Shown: positions 36,601 to 49,399 of the stretch, one piece after another | Layout of the letters: each line of letters begins with the position of its first letter | Numbering within the stretch: the stretch's first letter is position 1 | NCBI GenBank assembly: GCA_038496445.1 | Contig: JALMLS010000379.1 | Coordinates: 64,214-128,213, forward strand | Length of the DNA stretch: 64,000 nt | Reading direction: 5' to 3' | Source of the DNA: Trichosphaerium sp. ATCC 40318 | Taxonomy: Eukaryota; Protista; Tubulinea | Position numbers and translations under genes: made by a program | The notes under the pieces: generated by a model | The model's input: only the letters and a program-made list of their open reading frames with translations | Told to the model about the DNA's origin: nothing | Database searches by the model: none

Positions 36601-39006
36601 ACTACTCTTTTGGGTGGTATCATTATGCAGTTGCAATTACCTGGTACAACAAACCGCTGGGCTTTTGTTGGCGTGTCTGTTGGTGATTGTAAGGCGTTCC
36701 TATGGGACAAACAAACCGAAGATATTATAGATATTACTCGAGATAATAGGCGTAATCAAGATGCTAGAGATTGTGGTGGACGTCTAGGACCTTACGTTGG
36801 TAATGGTCAACCTGATTTAAGGTACATAACATTGTTGTACTGTTATCTGTTGTTGACTTCACTGAAGGAACTTGGCATGCTGGTTTTATCCTCTAAATCA
36901 AGGCGATATTGTATTGATCGTATCAGATGGTGTATGGGATAACGTAGACCCAGTGCACTTGGGTAAGGAGCCAAGGGACATTGGACTCGATATTGTAAGT
37001 GGTTTTGTTAATTAGCAGATTATTTGATTATGTGGTCTACTATGGCTTATAATTTATTAAGGATACATGGGACCAAGCCACTGCGAAGCAAATTAGAGAG
37101 GTAAAGGTGAGGTGGATGCAACAACAGATGACGAAGCTTGCAAGAAAAGCAAAAGAGCAAACACCAGAAGGTTTTGCTGCTGTACTTTTACAGCACGCAA
37201 AGGATACTACCAAGAATACACGAGAGTACATGGAACAGAATCCGCAGGCCGCAGAGCCAAGCGATTATAAAGCATACCCTGGCAAGATGGATCACAGTAC
37301 AGTAGTTGCTATGCAAATAGGTATAAAAGATGCAACAATGTTTATTGTTAATCTAGTCCAATAGGTCCTAATGGTGATGTTGAGCCAGTCCAGAAATCTC
37401 TCTCAGCTGTATCTAGTAATAACAAGAAGATTGTAAGTAATGTTCAACCTGCGTGGTGCAGTATTGCTCGCCTGAATACTGACGACATTATTAGCAAAAA
37501 GAATTTCATCAACTTGATGTTGATAAGTTTTATGATGCTATTCCTAAACGCATGTTGTATACAGTTAACCCTGACACCGTACGATTGCGTTATACCCGTT
37601 ATATACTTACTTTCAAATAAGTTTCAATCAATATCAGGTCCTGGCATGCGTGAAGTAGAAACAGCGATCCCTGGTTGGGTGAGCGGGTTCAGCAAGTCAC
37701 TCTTTCCAAATACACTTGCAGGTAAAAAAAATCGCTCGACCTCCTTGTGCTAAAACTTGCTAGATGAAGACATGAACGATGATGCTGTGTTTATACCGTA
37801 CTTTCTAGTTATCCTTTTATTTTTATTTACCAACTTGTAGGCATGGCGGACCAATCAACGAAGCGTACGCGATGGAGTTTGGTGATGGAAGAAGGTATGT
37901 GCTTCTTACTTCGTTGATTGCTTTTCTCACTTCATTGTAGTGTTTGTTGCTTATCAGCAGCACTACGTTATGGTACCAGCTCTCAAAGCGCTGCTAATAG
38001 GGCAGCAAATACATTTATGGACTATGCTGCACTAGAACAAAAATCGATTCGAACGTCTCATGTAAGCCTACTAGTTAGCATTTCAGTTACTAATACAAGT
38101 AGGATGCCATTAAAATATTACTCAAAGGTGTTGAGTCTGCGCACAAGACCATAACACGAACTGACCGATACATACCTCAACCTTGTCAACTCATGGGCTC
38201 TATGCTCCTCCGACAAGATGTGGCTGAACCGGCTCTTGTAGATAACCAAGAGTGGATGTGGATTAGCGTAAACTTGGGGCAAAGTAAGGCGTTCTTATGG
38301 CGCCATAATACCCGTAAAGTTGAAGAGATGACTTACTGCAAGCGATTCAAACCGTCTACAGCACAAATCGGACCTCTTCTTGACTTGGAAGACATTCAAA
38401 TCTACCATACATTCTGCGCAACAAATGATATTATCGTTACTTTGACGTCCAATACGAGCGCAAACTTTGACCCTGAATTCAATGGTAAGAGTCCATCCAG
38501 TGTTGGCTTGAAAGGTTACAATACCTGGGCCGACATGCCTTTTGATCAGGCACATGCTGCTAAGAGCAAGTGGCGATGTGAAGAGCTAGAAAAAGTGTTC
38601 AAGAGGAAGCTTCATCCGACATATATTACAAACACGATTATTCAAAAATGCCATGCTTTGACCAAGAAGTCCAGAAACCTAATGAAAGATAGCGAGAATG
38701 CTAATCCTCCAGCGGATTACTCAAAGTACCCTGGTGTACTATGTACGTATTACCATTCCTTTGAGAGCTGCCAGCGAAGGCTGCTTTCGTATTTTTTTCT
38801 GCTTTTTTTTCTTCGTATTAATGATGATATGCAACCACTTACGCATTTTAGGTCATGCTTCTTGTCTCACGTTTAAAATTGGCACTATACAAGTACCTAA
38901 ACCCCAAAAAGCGTCTAACCGAGAAGATTTATTGTCTACACGTTTCGAGAAAATGCCTACTGCATCACCTGTTCGTTTTGGTTCTAAATTAACTGAAACT
39001 TTGTAA
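33622..39006 (+). CDS. EF-hand-like + tandem SH2 + PP2C-like (CG9801-type) + degenerate PP2C-like protein
   Basis: WFQGFLS...GTFLVRFS and WFKGDM...GTFMIRLS (two SH2); ADGCNWG, GTTTLLGG, SVGDCKAF, DCGGRLGP, SDGVWDN, GKMDHST (PPM-type); second copy lacks the catalytic Asp motifs. Confidence 0.88.
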
Positions 39007-40226
39007 ATGGCTTTTCTTTTTCTTTTGGATCTATCTAATTCGAATTTGGAAAAAAATAAGGGCAAACAAAAAAAATTAAAGCAAAACAAAATTGGGGCCA
39101 AGCTATCAATTATGTGTAAATAAATTAATTGTACTTTAACTCTAATGAAAGTTGTTGCATTTAATAGTCCTTTCCTAACCTTGTTCATTGAAAGCTGTTT
39201 AATTGACGTTGCATCAACTATTTGCCTCTGTTTTATTGGTTACGCAGTAGGTCACGCTAGGGTGACAAGGTGCAGCAGAGTAAATCATAACCATGCAACA
39301 CATTCTAATGTTCCTTTTTGCAACGAGTAGTTTCGGTCCGTTTATTTAACGAGTACGCAAACCAGTATTTCTACTTCAATCGCACCTGTTAAACAAACAA
39401 GGTTTCAAGCTTAATTTGATTCATCAAGGCGTGACATTATCTGAACAAGGCTTAAGGCTTTGTTTGAGCAAACCAAACCATTGAGGTCATTAATCCTAAG
39501 CAGTATGCGGACGATTGCCAAAGGCGCAAACCACTCAGCATGTAGATCACGGAAAGTGCTTGTATATTCTATGGCTTCCAACAAGCTGATGAGCCATGCT
39601 TACGAGTTTTCAACTGTGATCTCTGTTGTTGGTGCATAGCCAGCTCAAAAGAGCTTTAAAGTATCGCGAATCTAATAGGTACACGTTGTAGCTCTTTTTA
39701 ATGCATTAGAGTGTATTATAGAAACGCAAATGCTATTTTGAACTGAAAGAGCACCAAAAAGGTTACAGTGGCCTTGAGGTTATACGATTATCTCTCATAT
39801 TACATACACGCTCGTTTGAGAGCAAAAGTCAACAGAAAATCGGTAACGGTACGATCACGTTTTTTGAAACCGAAAAGGCAGGTAACAGGTTCAAACCGTC
39901 GCCAACGCTATGATATATTTACGTTATAACGTCGAGGCATATTTTGAGCGACAAGAGCTTGAGGGAAGCTACAACAGAAAGATCGACCTTTTTTTGGATC
40001 AGAACAACACAAAAACACCTCAAATAACATGAACAACATACCACTAGTAAATAAAGGTTGATTACGCAAATTCTCGGTTCTTCGGATTCTTATTATTTCG
40101 TATTGACTTAATAGCCCTTTTAAATATAGATGAGTCTCAAAATACGCCTGAAAGATACCACACGGGAACGCAGAACCCGGTGTGAGTAGCATGTAAGTCT
40201 TTTTCGAATTTCACTTTTTTTCACAT

Positions 40227-40764
40227 TTGTTTCTCAACAAGACAATCCCGATTTACTTCATAACTCCACATCTTAAAACTCAGCATCGAAATCCGTATAT
40301 CTACTACCAATTGGACTCGATATGCTTTGATAACTCTGTACAACACATTGGACTGGTTTTCTCAAAAACCGTCGCAAACCACAACTTTTTTGCAACAAGA
40401 AATTACTTGGTTAAAAGCAAAATCGATTTTTTATCTAGTGGAAGCATACGAATACTACAACTATAATATCTATACTTCTGCTTGACATGTCAAGACTACT
40501 CCGAGCAGTGCGAAAGTACGCTCGTAAAAAATACAATTCTCTCCTGGGCAGACCATTAGTGATTAAAGTCACGGTCACAGTCCCTAAAAGCATCCTGGTT
40601 AATACCAACCCAGACTACACATACGCTCTGACTTGGGACCCACAGGTAGAAGACCTCTACTACCCACCTACAGGCGTATCAAATATCATAATGATATCCA
40701 GCTACGACATAGATCTAGCAAAAATGGCATTCGAAGGCGGAAGCCCAAGAATGTAAAAAAAAAA

Positions 40765-40806
<42 letters not shown>
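40227..40806 (+). mobile_element. putative retrotransposed or poly(A)-tailed insertion carrying two short ORFs
   Basis: Intronless A/C-rich, G-poor segment with ORFs 40227-40466 and 40487-40756; the final TAA runs into a 52-nt A tract (40755-40806, one C). 5' boundary and TSD not identified. Confidence 0.45.
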
Positions 40807-40810
<4 letters not shown>

Positions 40811-41139
40811 GTAAGAAAATCCTTTGCAACAACAAAGAGGTTGGAACCTTTTTGTATACCTAGTTCACAAAAGGAACTTGAGTTTTAAGCTGACACCACT
40901 AACGGCAATGGTTCCAGTCGATCCAAGCATTTCAACTTTGTCACCTACTTTAGCACCGCCATGTGCCCTTGGACTTCTATTGGCTATCCAGTTATTAGTT
41001 TGATAATTGTGTAAATACACCGTTGTAACTTTGATCAACTTTTGGGACAAGTTTTTTTTTAAGGTGGGTTTTACTTGCATTGACAATTTGCTCTGCTTCG
41101 TTTCATTTTGACAGTTATCAATTGTTTTCTTGGTGTAAC

Positions 41140-43755
41140 ATGTTGAGATATATAAGTACTGGACATGCCGTTACGCGAGTGGCTACGGTAAAACTAAACA
41201 TGTAACACTTTATGTTGACACTAGGTGTAGCAATCAGCCCAAAAACGTACCTATGTAACGCCCTCCAACTCAAAAGTATGCAAGAGCGCAAAGGAAGCGG
41301 TTGCTGGCATTAGAAAATCAAACACCGTGTAAGTGCCTTCTATACACTTTTATAACACTGTGTACCTACAAGCTGTTATATGCCGATAAACTAAAACGTT
41401 TTAAGGCTCGTTGGTGGATTTGGCCTCTGTGGTATTCCAGAAAACCTCATCACTGCTCTACGAGATTCAGGAGTTGACGACCTAACCGTTGTATCTAACA
41501 ATGCAGGTCAGCTCACTTGCAACCCTCAATTCAGCTTATTCGGTGTTAATAAAGGTTCTAGGCGTTGACGACTTTGGCCTAGGACTTCTTTTAAAGTCTA
41601 GACAAATTAGACGTATGATTTCGTCTTACGTTGGTGAAAACGCCGAGTTTGAGCGTCAATTTCTTGGTGGAGAACTAGAGGTACGTAGAAACAAAGAAAA
41701 ATTTTTCAACTCTTCCTTTTGGACCAAAACTACAAAATTGAAAAGCTTTCCTGCCGGTTTCTGTGCGTTAACTGGTTATATAGGTAGAGCTTATTCCTCA
41801 AGGAAGTCTTGCAGAACGTGTTCGTTCAGCTGGAGCAGGTATTCCTGCTTTTTATACCAAAACTGGTGCAGGCACTCAACTTCAGTTTGGTGGCATTCCT
41901 ATAAAGTGAGTAGGCGATAAACGGTGTTTATTTAGCAGTAGCGTGTTGACAGGTATTTTTTTTTGTAGATACAACAAAGACGGCACTGTTGCCATTATGT
42001 CTGACCCTAGACCTATTCAAAAGTTCAATAAGGAAACTTACTTGATGGAGAGAGGTATTTCTGGTGATTATGCATTGATTAAAGCGCATAAAGCTGATAC
42101 AAGAGGAAACCTTGTCTTCAGGTTCAAAAAAAAAAAGAAAAAAGCAATCTTCTCTTCGCTTTATTTACTTTACTTTCTAGAAAAACAGCTCGTAACTTCA
42201 ACGCTCCTTTCGCTACTGCTGGTGATGTTACTATCGCTGAAGTAGAAGAGATTGTAGAGCCCGGACAATTAGATCCAGATGAGATTCATTTGCCTGGCAT
42301 CTATGTCAACAAAGTCATATTGGTATGTTCTATTAGAGTATCAATAAGAGTTGCTTTATTCATACTTCAACACGTGTCAACTTTTTGCTTCACCGGTGAA
42401 ATAGACAGTTTGTTTTCTTTGATTCTTTGATTTTTTTTTCAGATTTTCAGTTTTCTTATTAATTCTTTTGTAAATAGGCTCAAAACCTTGAGAAACGTAT
42501 AGAGAAGAGGACACTTACACAAGATAAAGGTGAAGAAGGGGAAAAAACACAAGCGCAACTTACAAGAGAGTTTATTGCTAAGCGTGCAGCAAAAGAGTTC
42601 AAGGTATGAAAAATCGCTTTAGGGTTTTTTTTGTCTTGATGAAAAGTGGTGCTCACGTGATTTAGGATGGTATGTATTGTAATCTTGGTATTGGTATCCC
42701 AACACTTGCTAGTAATTTCATAGAAGAAGGTACATCCCATACTACGATTGCCACACGAGACTAACACGTGGTATTCTTTTTGAAGGTGTTAAAATTGAAT
42801 TACAATCTGAGAACGGTCTTCTCGGTTTTGGTCCATTCCCACGCCCAGGAGAAGAAGATGCTGATTTAATTAATGCTGGAAAAGAAACTATTACAACTAT
42901 TCCAGGATCTAGCGCATTTGGAAGCGATTTGTCATTTGGTATGATCCGTGGGTGCGTTGTCTTCTTGTCTTTTTTTTTTTCTTAGTGCAAAAAAAGTTGG
43001 ATTGTTAATTTTTTGTTGTAGTGGTCATGTTGATCTAACTATTCTTGGTGCTATGCAAGTTAGCCAAAATGGTGATTTAGCTAATTGGATGATTCCTGGT
43101 AAGATGGTCAAAGGACCAGGTGGAGGTACGCTAGTAATTACATACAAATACAGTCGCTGCTGTTTTATTTACCTTTTTTTATAGCAATGGATTTGGCAGC
43201 TTCTGGATCTCGTGTTGTTGTTACAATGGAACATACTGCTAAGGTAAATTATTTTATTAAATGTCAACTAGTAACCTGATGCATATTTTTTTATTTTGTT
43301 GTTGTTTTTCGTGATAACGTATTGACACGCATCCTAGAAAGGAACAAAAAAGATTCTAGAAGAGTGTACACTACCACTTACAGGAGCCAAATGCGTTGAC
43401 CGTATTATTACTGATAAGGTACAAACAAACGAAAGGAATTACTGTTGATACTTACTAACATAAATCAAGTGTGTATTTGATATTATCGATGGTAACTTGA
43501 CACTAATTGAACTTGCACCTGGTGTAAACGTAGATGAAGTACGTGCAATTATTATAAACTAATTAACTTTCATTATCACCAAGAAAATAATCGATATCAA
43601 TGACGAGAGTCAGAAGGGACTTCTGTTTTTTATTGATTTTTTTTTACTTTACAGTTTTTGTTTGGTTCGTTTTTTGACTTTGTTTTTTTTTCTAGGTTAC
43701 AGCAGCTACAGGCGCTAAGTTTACTCTTGCTGCTAATATTAAGGGTATGCTGTGA
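41140..43755 (+). CDS. OXCT1: mitochondrial succinyl-CoA:3-ketoacid CoA transferase (SCOT)
   Basis: [60 protein letters not shown] (catalytic Glu), [15 protein letters not shown]; fused alpha+beta form, 15 exons. Confidence 0.96.
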
Positions 43756-43922
43756 GACCACCCAGTGTTAAAACAAGAATAAAGAAGACATTTTAGATCA
43801 TACAATATCTATGCTTGGTTATTTAATTGGCTTGTAGTAGTAATAATAAATAGAATTTCAATATTTTGCGGTGTTTTTAGTGGGTTTGGGTCCTTGCGTT
43901 AATTTTACTATTAATTTTGATT

Positions 43923-44279
43923 TTAATGGCTGAAATACATATTCCAGATATTGTTTACGCGTATTTTGATGGCTTTAGATGTTTTGAAGCGAATTTAATT
44001 ACATACCTATCAGATTTGCCTTTGCAACGCTTATTCAGTAGAGATTCCTTAGTTTCGCCTGTTTTTTTAGATTTTACCTTTTTCCATCGCCTACACTTTG
44101 ATTATTCTTTTAACGTAACGTATTTCGTATTCCTCATACAATGAACCATCCTTTGAGCGCTTTATTTTCATCTTGCCTTTCTTTCCGTTCTTTGTTGTCT
44201 TTAACACCAAACCTCTCTTCTTTTTCTTTTGTTTATCTACAGGATCCTTCTCCTTAGATCCTTTGCCTTTGCTTGACAT
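43923..44279 (-). CDS. small lysine-rich basic protein (~76 aa)
   Basis: Three-exon model with GTATGA/GTATGT donors: MSSKGKGSKEKDPVDKQKKKKRGLVLKTTKNGKKGKMKIKRSKDGSLRWKKVKSKKTGETKESLLNKRCKGKSDSH. Confidence 0.6.
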
Positions 44280-44367
44280 GTTGCACCTAAATAAAACAGT
44301 GTTATTCCTTACATTAAGTCACGTCCATTTTGTTAATATTTAAGTCAAAACCTGTACTTCCAGAAGC

Positions 44368-45391
44368 ATGTCGGAAGAGCCACGGAAAATAATAGTTCCC
44401 CCACTCAAAATACTTCTAATTGGACTACCTCATTCTGGCAAGTCATCGTTTGCAAATACGGTGGACCACGTGTTTACAGGAAGCAAGTATGAGCGAAGTG
44501 ATACAGGTAGAGAAGTGGAGGTTGGCACAACCACATATTTCGCGTTAGACGTATGTCTACAAATAAAAACTGTTCAGTCCCACACTCTAGTAACAGGTAG
44601 CGTAGATTGAAAAAAAGTCAGGCGAGGCTCTGCTCTTGGAGACTGAACAAATAGATGCCCTGTACAGTCTTCGCATATTTGATTCTCCAGGTATTGATAT
44701 GTCATCGTTCAAGCATATCGTTGGGAAACAAATGGCTGGGGTAAAGCAGGTACGTCCAGTCTGTTTTCGTTCTAGTTGGTGCGTTATTTTTTTCTTTACC
44801 AAGCGGTTAGGGAATAACATTGAAGGCTCTCGATGGAAACGATATAAAGGAATTAAAAGAAAACAAGATAGACGTTCCCATTGTTATTGTGAGCGCACGT
44901 GATGTACTGCAAAGAGTGTGCGGCTTAACACTATTTTGGTTTAAACTCTAAAAATACAATTTATGTAGAGGTAAAAAACTTGTTCCTGTCATGCCATCGT
45001 ACCTAGTGGATCTATGTGACTACTTATATACAAAGCTGTGTACGTCTTCAAAATAATGTTGTAACTTTTTTGTAACACGTGCGCAGATGTCAACCCACTT
45101 GTCGTTGTTACCCAAATGGACACAATTGAGAAACGTGCGCGAGAAGTTGACAAAGAAAGAATCTTCAAAATATATAACAAACAAGATGAGATTGATAAAT
45201 TGATTGAAGGCGTTAAAAACAAAGTGGAAGCTGTTTGTCATGACTCTACGATAAGTTACATATCATGTTGGTTGCCAAAAAGAAAAGGCAGTTTTGTTGA
45301 TGGCGAAGAAGTCAAAGAAATAATTACAAAAGCATGTATTCGTAATCGTCTTTGTAAACAAAGGATTGAGATAGTATCGCAAAATAAATAG
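44368..45391 (+). CDS. IFI44-like P-loop GTPase
   Basis: LKILLIGLPHSGKSSFANTV (G1), GTTT (G2), RIFDSPG (G3), PLVVVTQMD (G4); 5 exons. Confidence 0.72.
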
Positions 45392-45503
45392 AATTACTAG
45401 TTAGTCAACACTCCCCTGTTTTCAAGCTGATTGTATACACTTATTTAGATGAATAACATGGATGAACGTGCTTACGAAAGTACAGAAGGAGTCTTGATAG
45501 CGA

Positions 45504-47226
45504 CTAATGGCCTTCGAAGGTGGCATAGTTGATAATCTGGTCAACAGCACGATATGTTAAATTACAGCCACTAGACTTTGAGACGGTGTCCTCTTTTTCT
45601 TGAGCCTGCAAGTCAGGACCTGTATCGTTTGTGGGGTATTGAGTGTGTTCTTTTGTATTAGATTGTGCACAATCGTTGGCTTGTTCTTCCTTCTCGACTG
45701 ACTTACACACAGCAGTTTCTTTGTCTTCTTTTTTGCAGTTATTATCCGTGTGCTCAGCACTTTGTCGATAGTCTGTAATTGTAATGACTTGAGCTCCATT
45801 AGAATTTATTATTTCGTTTTTCTCACTTCTGTAGTCAGTTGAACTAACAGGCTTTTTTGTCTAAGAAAAGTGTTAACAAAAACACATTACCAAAGCATAG
45901 CTTTACCTGGATAAATGGATATAGATTTTTTATGAACCGTTGCAACAGATCTTCCAAAGAGGGGAAAACATGGATGTTCAGTGTACTATTTCTAATAAGT
46001 GTAGTTGTGTTGGATTTTCGTACTTAATCTTACTGCCCAGTTCTTTGCTAAGGATACATCCGCCAAGTAACTTATTGTTGTTCACGTGCTTAGAAAAGTC
46101 ATCCAAAAGATCATCATCTACGCATATATAAAATCTATTGAGTCGGTAGATTTGCCTAAACTCCTTATCTGTTGCTAAAAAGGAAATATGTTCGTATTTG
46201 TCCAGGTCGTATTTCTCAGAGTGTCGTTCGCTAAATGCATCAAGAGCTTCTTCCTTGCCTATAAACCTACATAATGGTCGTGTAGGTTTTATGTTGGTTA
46301 AGTTTTTTGATCTCGATTTATTGCTCTGGGCTGCACGTGTTGTTGCTTGGTTCAGAATAGAGTCATTTTGATTTTTCTTTGGCTCTTTTCTTTGTATTTT
46401 TTTTGGAATGATAGCCTGTTCAAGGCATGTAGGGAATCCTCCATTACATATTCTCAAGTAGTCTTTGTACGTTGCAGCTTGCACATTAAGACGGTTTAAC
46501 AAAGGTCTACACATGTAACATTAAATTTAAGACTTCGAAAAAGTTCTGTCGTACTCTCTAAGGCTAGCGATAAAATCAGCACTCCACGTTTCCTCTTGTT
46601 TCTTAGATTGTGGCAAAAGAATGACTAGAAAAAGTGGCCTTTCTCCTGCAACTGAAAACAAATATGATAAGCAGTTAATAATGCTTTGAATAACACGACA
46701 ACGAGATACAACAAGAGAACAAAAAACCCAAATATGTACCTTTAAGTTTGTGTACAGTTTCGAGGTCTTCTTTGTATTTGTTGAAGCAACCATCTCCTGT
46801 TGAGAACAATACAACTGACTTACCCTCCGGTGCAGTAAAAATAACCACAATTAATGCGCAGTCTTTTGAAGGCCTGTCAACGCAAACATATCTGTACTGG
46901 TTATACAGCTAATCATATCGTAAGTGAAATAGGCTCAATAATATTACGTTTGTACATCTCTGAATCTTTGTGTCTCCTTTTCAGTGGATCCACATACAAA
47001 AGCCATTTTTTCAGGAGCGAACAACCGTTTTGTAGCTCTGAAGTTGAGTAAATAATTGTCGTAGCAGTATTTGTTTAATGGTACCGCCACATTAGAAGAT
47101 ATTTATTGGCACGTGCGTCTAGGGTATGTTTTTGTTGCCGTTAATGCTAGTCAGTAAGGTTCGTGTGTTCCAAAAAAGTTTGGAGACCTCACCAACGGCG
47201 CAGGAGTATGTGAATGAGTGTTTCAT
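45504..47226 (-). CDS. hypothetical multi-exon protein
   Basis: Canonical introns join exon ORFs (MKHSFTYSCAV...; 45978-46514; 45504-45710) into one frame; no family recognised. Confidence 0.6.
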
Positions 47227-47416
47227 ATTTTTTGACAGCTGGCTTGTTTAGACGGCAGTCAGCCTTTAGGCAATGAACTTTTCAAGGTACGTTGATTTCG
47301 AACAGCGTATTTTGGCTATCTGTATTTTTACAAGTGCCTAAACCATAACACAATCTATTGACACAAGTACAAAAATTAAGTATGAAAAAAGATAGTATAT
47401 TTTGTAGACTCTGTAA

Positions 47417-49073
47417 TTACATGCAACTGCACTTGTGTTTTGGGTGTATATTTTTTTCTTTGTTGCCCTTCTGTATGGTATACCTTGAATACAAACCCAT
47501 CATTACTGCACTTTTAAACGCAGTTTTAACGTTGGTTGAAAATTTAGCACTAAAACAGTAAGCAACTCAGCATTTTTGTCATGTACTACCTTGTCTCAAA
47601 GAATGAAGCACCAACTTCCTTAGCCAAGGCAAATCCTTCTTCAATAGATACTTCTCTACAGTCTACCAAATCAATCTTGTTTCTACATACTAAATTAGCA
47701 CTGTGGATAATAAATTTGTTCTCAAAGTCAAATTATAAGCTATGGCAAACAGTTGAGTTACAACCTTTGTTCAACAAGCTGCCACAGGCATTCATTGTTT
47801 TTTAAACTGAAGGCTGTACACGTTATAAATTACATACCCAATTATTACTATGGGAATTGGCATGTCAGTATCATTAAAGTACTGTTGAGTTAGTTATTAG
47901 TTTTTAATTTACTTGTTGTACCTTTGTATGGCTGATGTAGTCGATGATTTTTTTTACTTCTTTGAATGATTCACGTGATGACACAGAGTACACAATTATG
48001 TTCATAGCCTAAATGGTAAAAAAAAGTCCAGTTAACCTTGGAAAGTGACAAGAAAGGTACCCATTTGTTAAAGTTATTTTCAGGTAGTTCATACAATGAT
48101 TTTGCTACTTTTTCTAAAGAAGGTCATTAAGAGAAAAAAAACATACAAAAGAACTCCTTGATAGCCGCCAAATTTCTACCTGGTGAATCCCAAATATCTA
48201 TTGTAAGAACTAATCCTTCAACGTCTATCATCTTACGATACCATTCTTCGATGAGTGGCTCCATGTGACTAACAAAATCAGGATAAACGATTGAAAGAAA
48301 AATTGTAGTACCAAGTACTGAAGATATCGTGAACAAACCTAATTGTTAATGAACTCTTTCCTACATAAGTAATTAATATTTTTACTCCTTTAGTTCTTAT
48401 GCTGTTATACTGATAACATCTTAAAAATGTGAACATACCAGATCCATCCTTTCCCCATACCATCATACGGTATAAATCTGATCTGTCACGTTGTTCTTTA
48501 ACAGCTGACTTTAATATTTTCTTATCAAATTCTGGTACATAACTACCACGTGATAAGCACTAGTTTAATACAAAAAAGGTCTATGCTATGCCATGCCAAT
48601 GCGTTCATAAATAAAGCAGGTACCTAAAGCCTTCTGTAGACGTTTTGTAGCTTTGAAGTTTTGACTTCCAAAAATGGTGTTTCATTCCTTTGTCTTGGTT
48701 GTCAATCAACTCTGTCAACTCCTTTTCAATGGGATCTGTAGCAAGTAAGTACTATGACACCTATATATCGTAGAGTTGCATACCCAAGTCTATGAGGCGC
48801 TTGAATTGTTGTGCAAAAGCAATTTTCCATACAATGTCATCACAACTATTTTCGATGTAAAAAAACCAGGTTTTGACTTTCAGTGTTCATGTAAGTTTGC
48901 GTACCTAAGTTCGTACATGTCCTTGCTTGTTTGTGACAAAACGCAAAGGTCTTTATATGATACAAACTTAAAAATAAACACAATTATCTCCGCGGGCACT
49001 GTTTTTAGAACATTTTCCGCTGTAGGACAAAAAAGATGAATAATTAGCACTAAACAATTAGCAATGTACCCAT
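47417..49073 (-). CDS. F-box-Ras-family GTPase fusion with CaaX
   Basis: F-box VLKTVPAEIIVFIFKFVSYKDLCVLSQTSK; GKDGSGKSSLTIRF, IEEWYRK, NKIDL, ETSAK; ends KCSCM*. Confidence 0.85.
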
Positions 49074-49399
49074 TCTGTGTTAAACTCGTTTAATGACTGT
49101 CCGTTATTAAATATAGTGCAACCAATGTTATATTGAGTCTTATTCAGTCACATGGGTCGTTTTTCCCTTATGTCATTACATCCAACTTTTTCGCTCTTTT
49201 GCAAAGTTCTTCTTTCCTCACGTGACAGCTTCCAAATTGAGAGTACCCTTGATACCACAATATACGTAGGGCCTAAAGAAGGTCATTCCAGCACAGTAAC
49301 TGTATGTATAACTTAACACGGTTAATAAAATGCTGCAGTTCACAGAAAAACAATATATTACAGTTTTCACACGTCTAAAACAACGGTTCCTGTATCCAG

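Noticed and set aside
39586-39615. CTGATGAG resembling a hammerhead ribozyme core
   Set aside because: No pairing stem II and no following GAAA.
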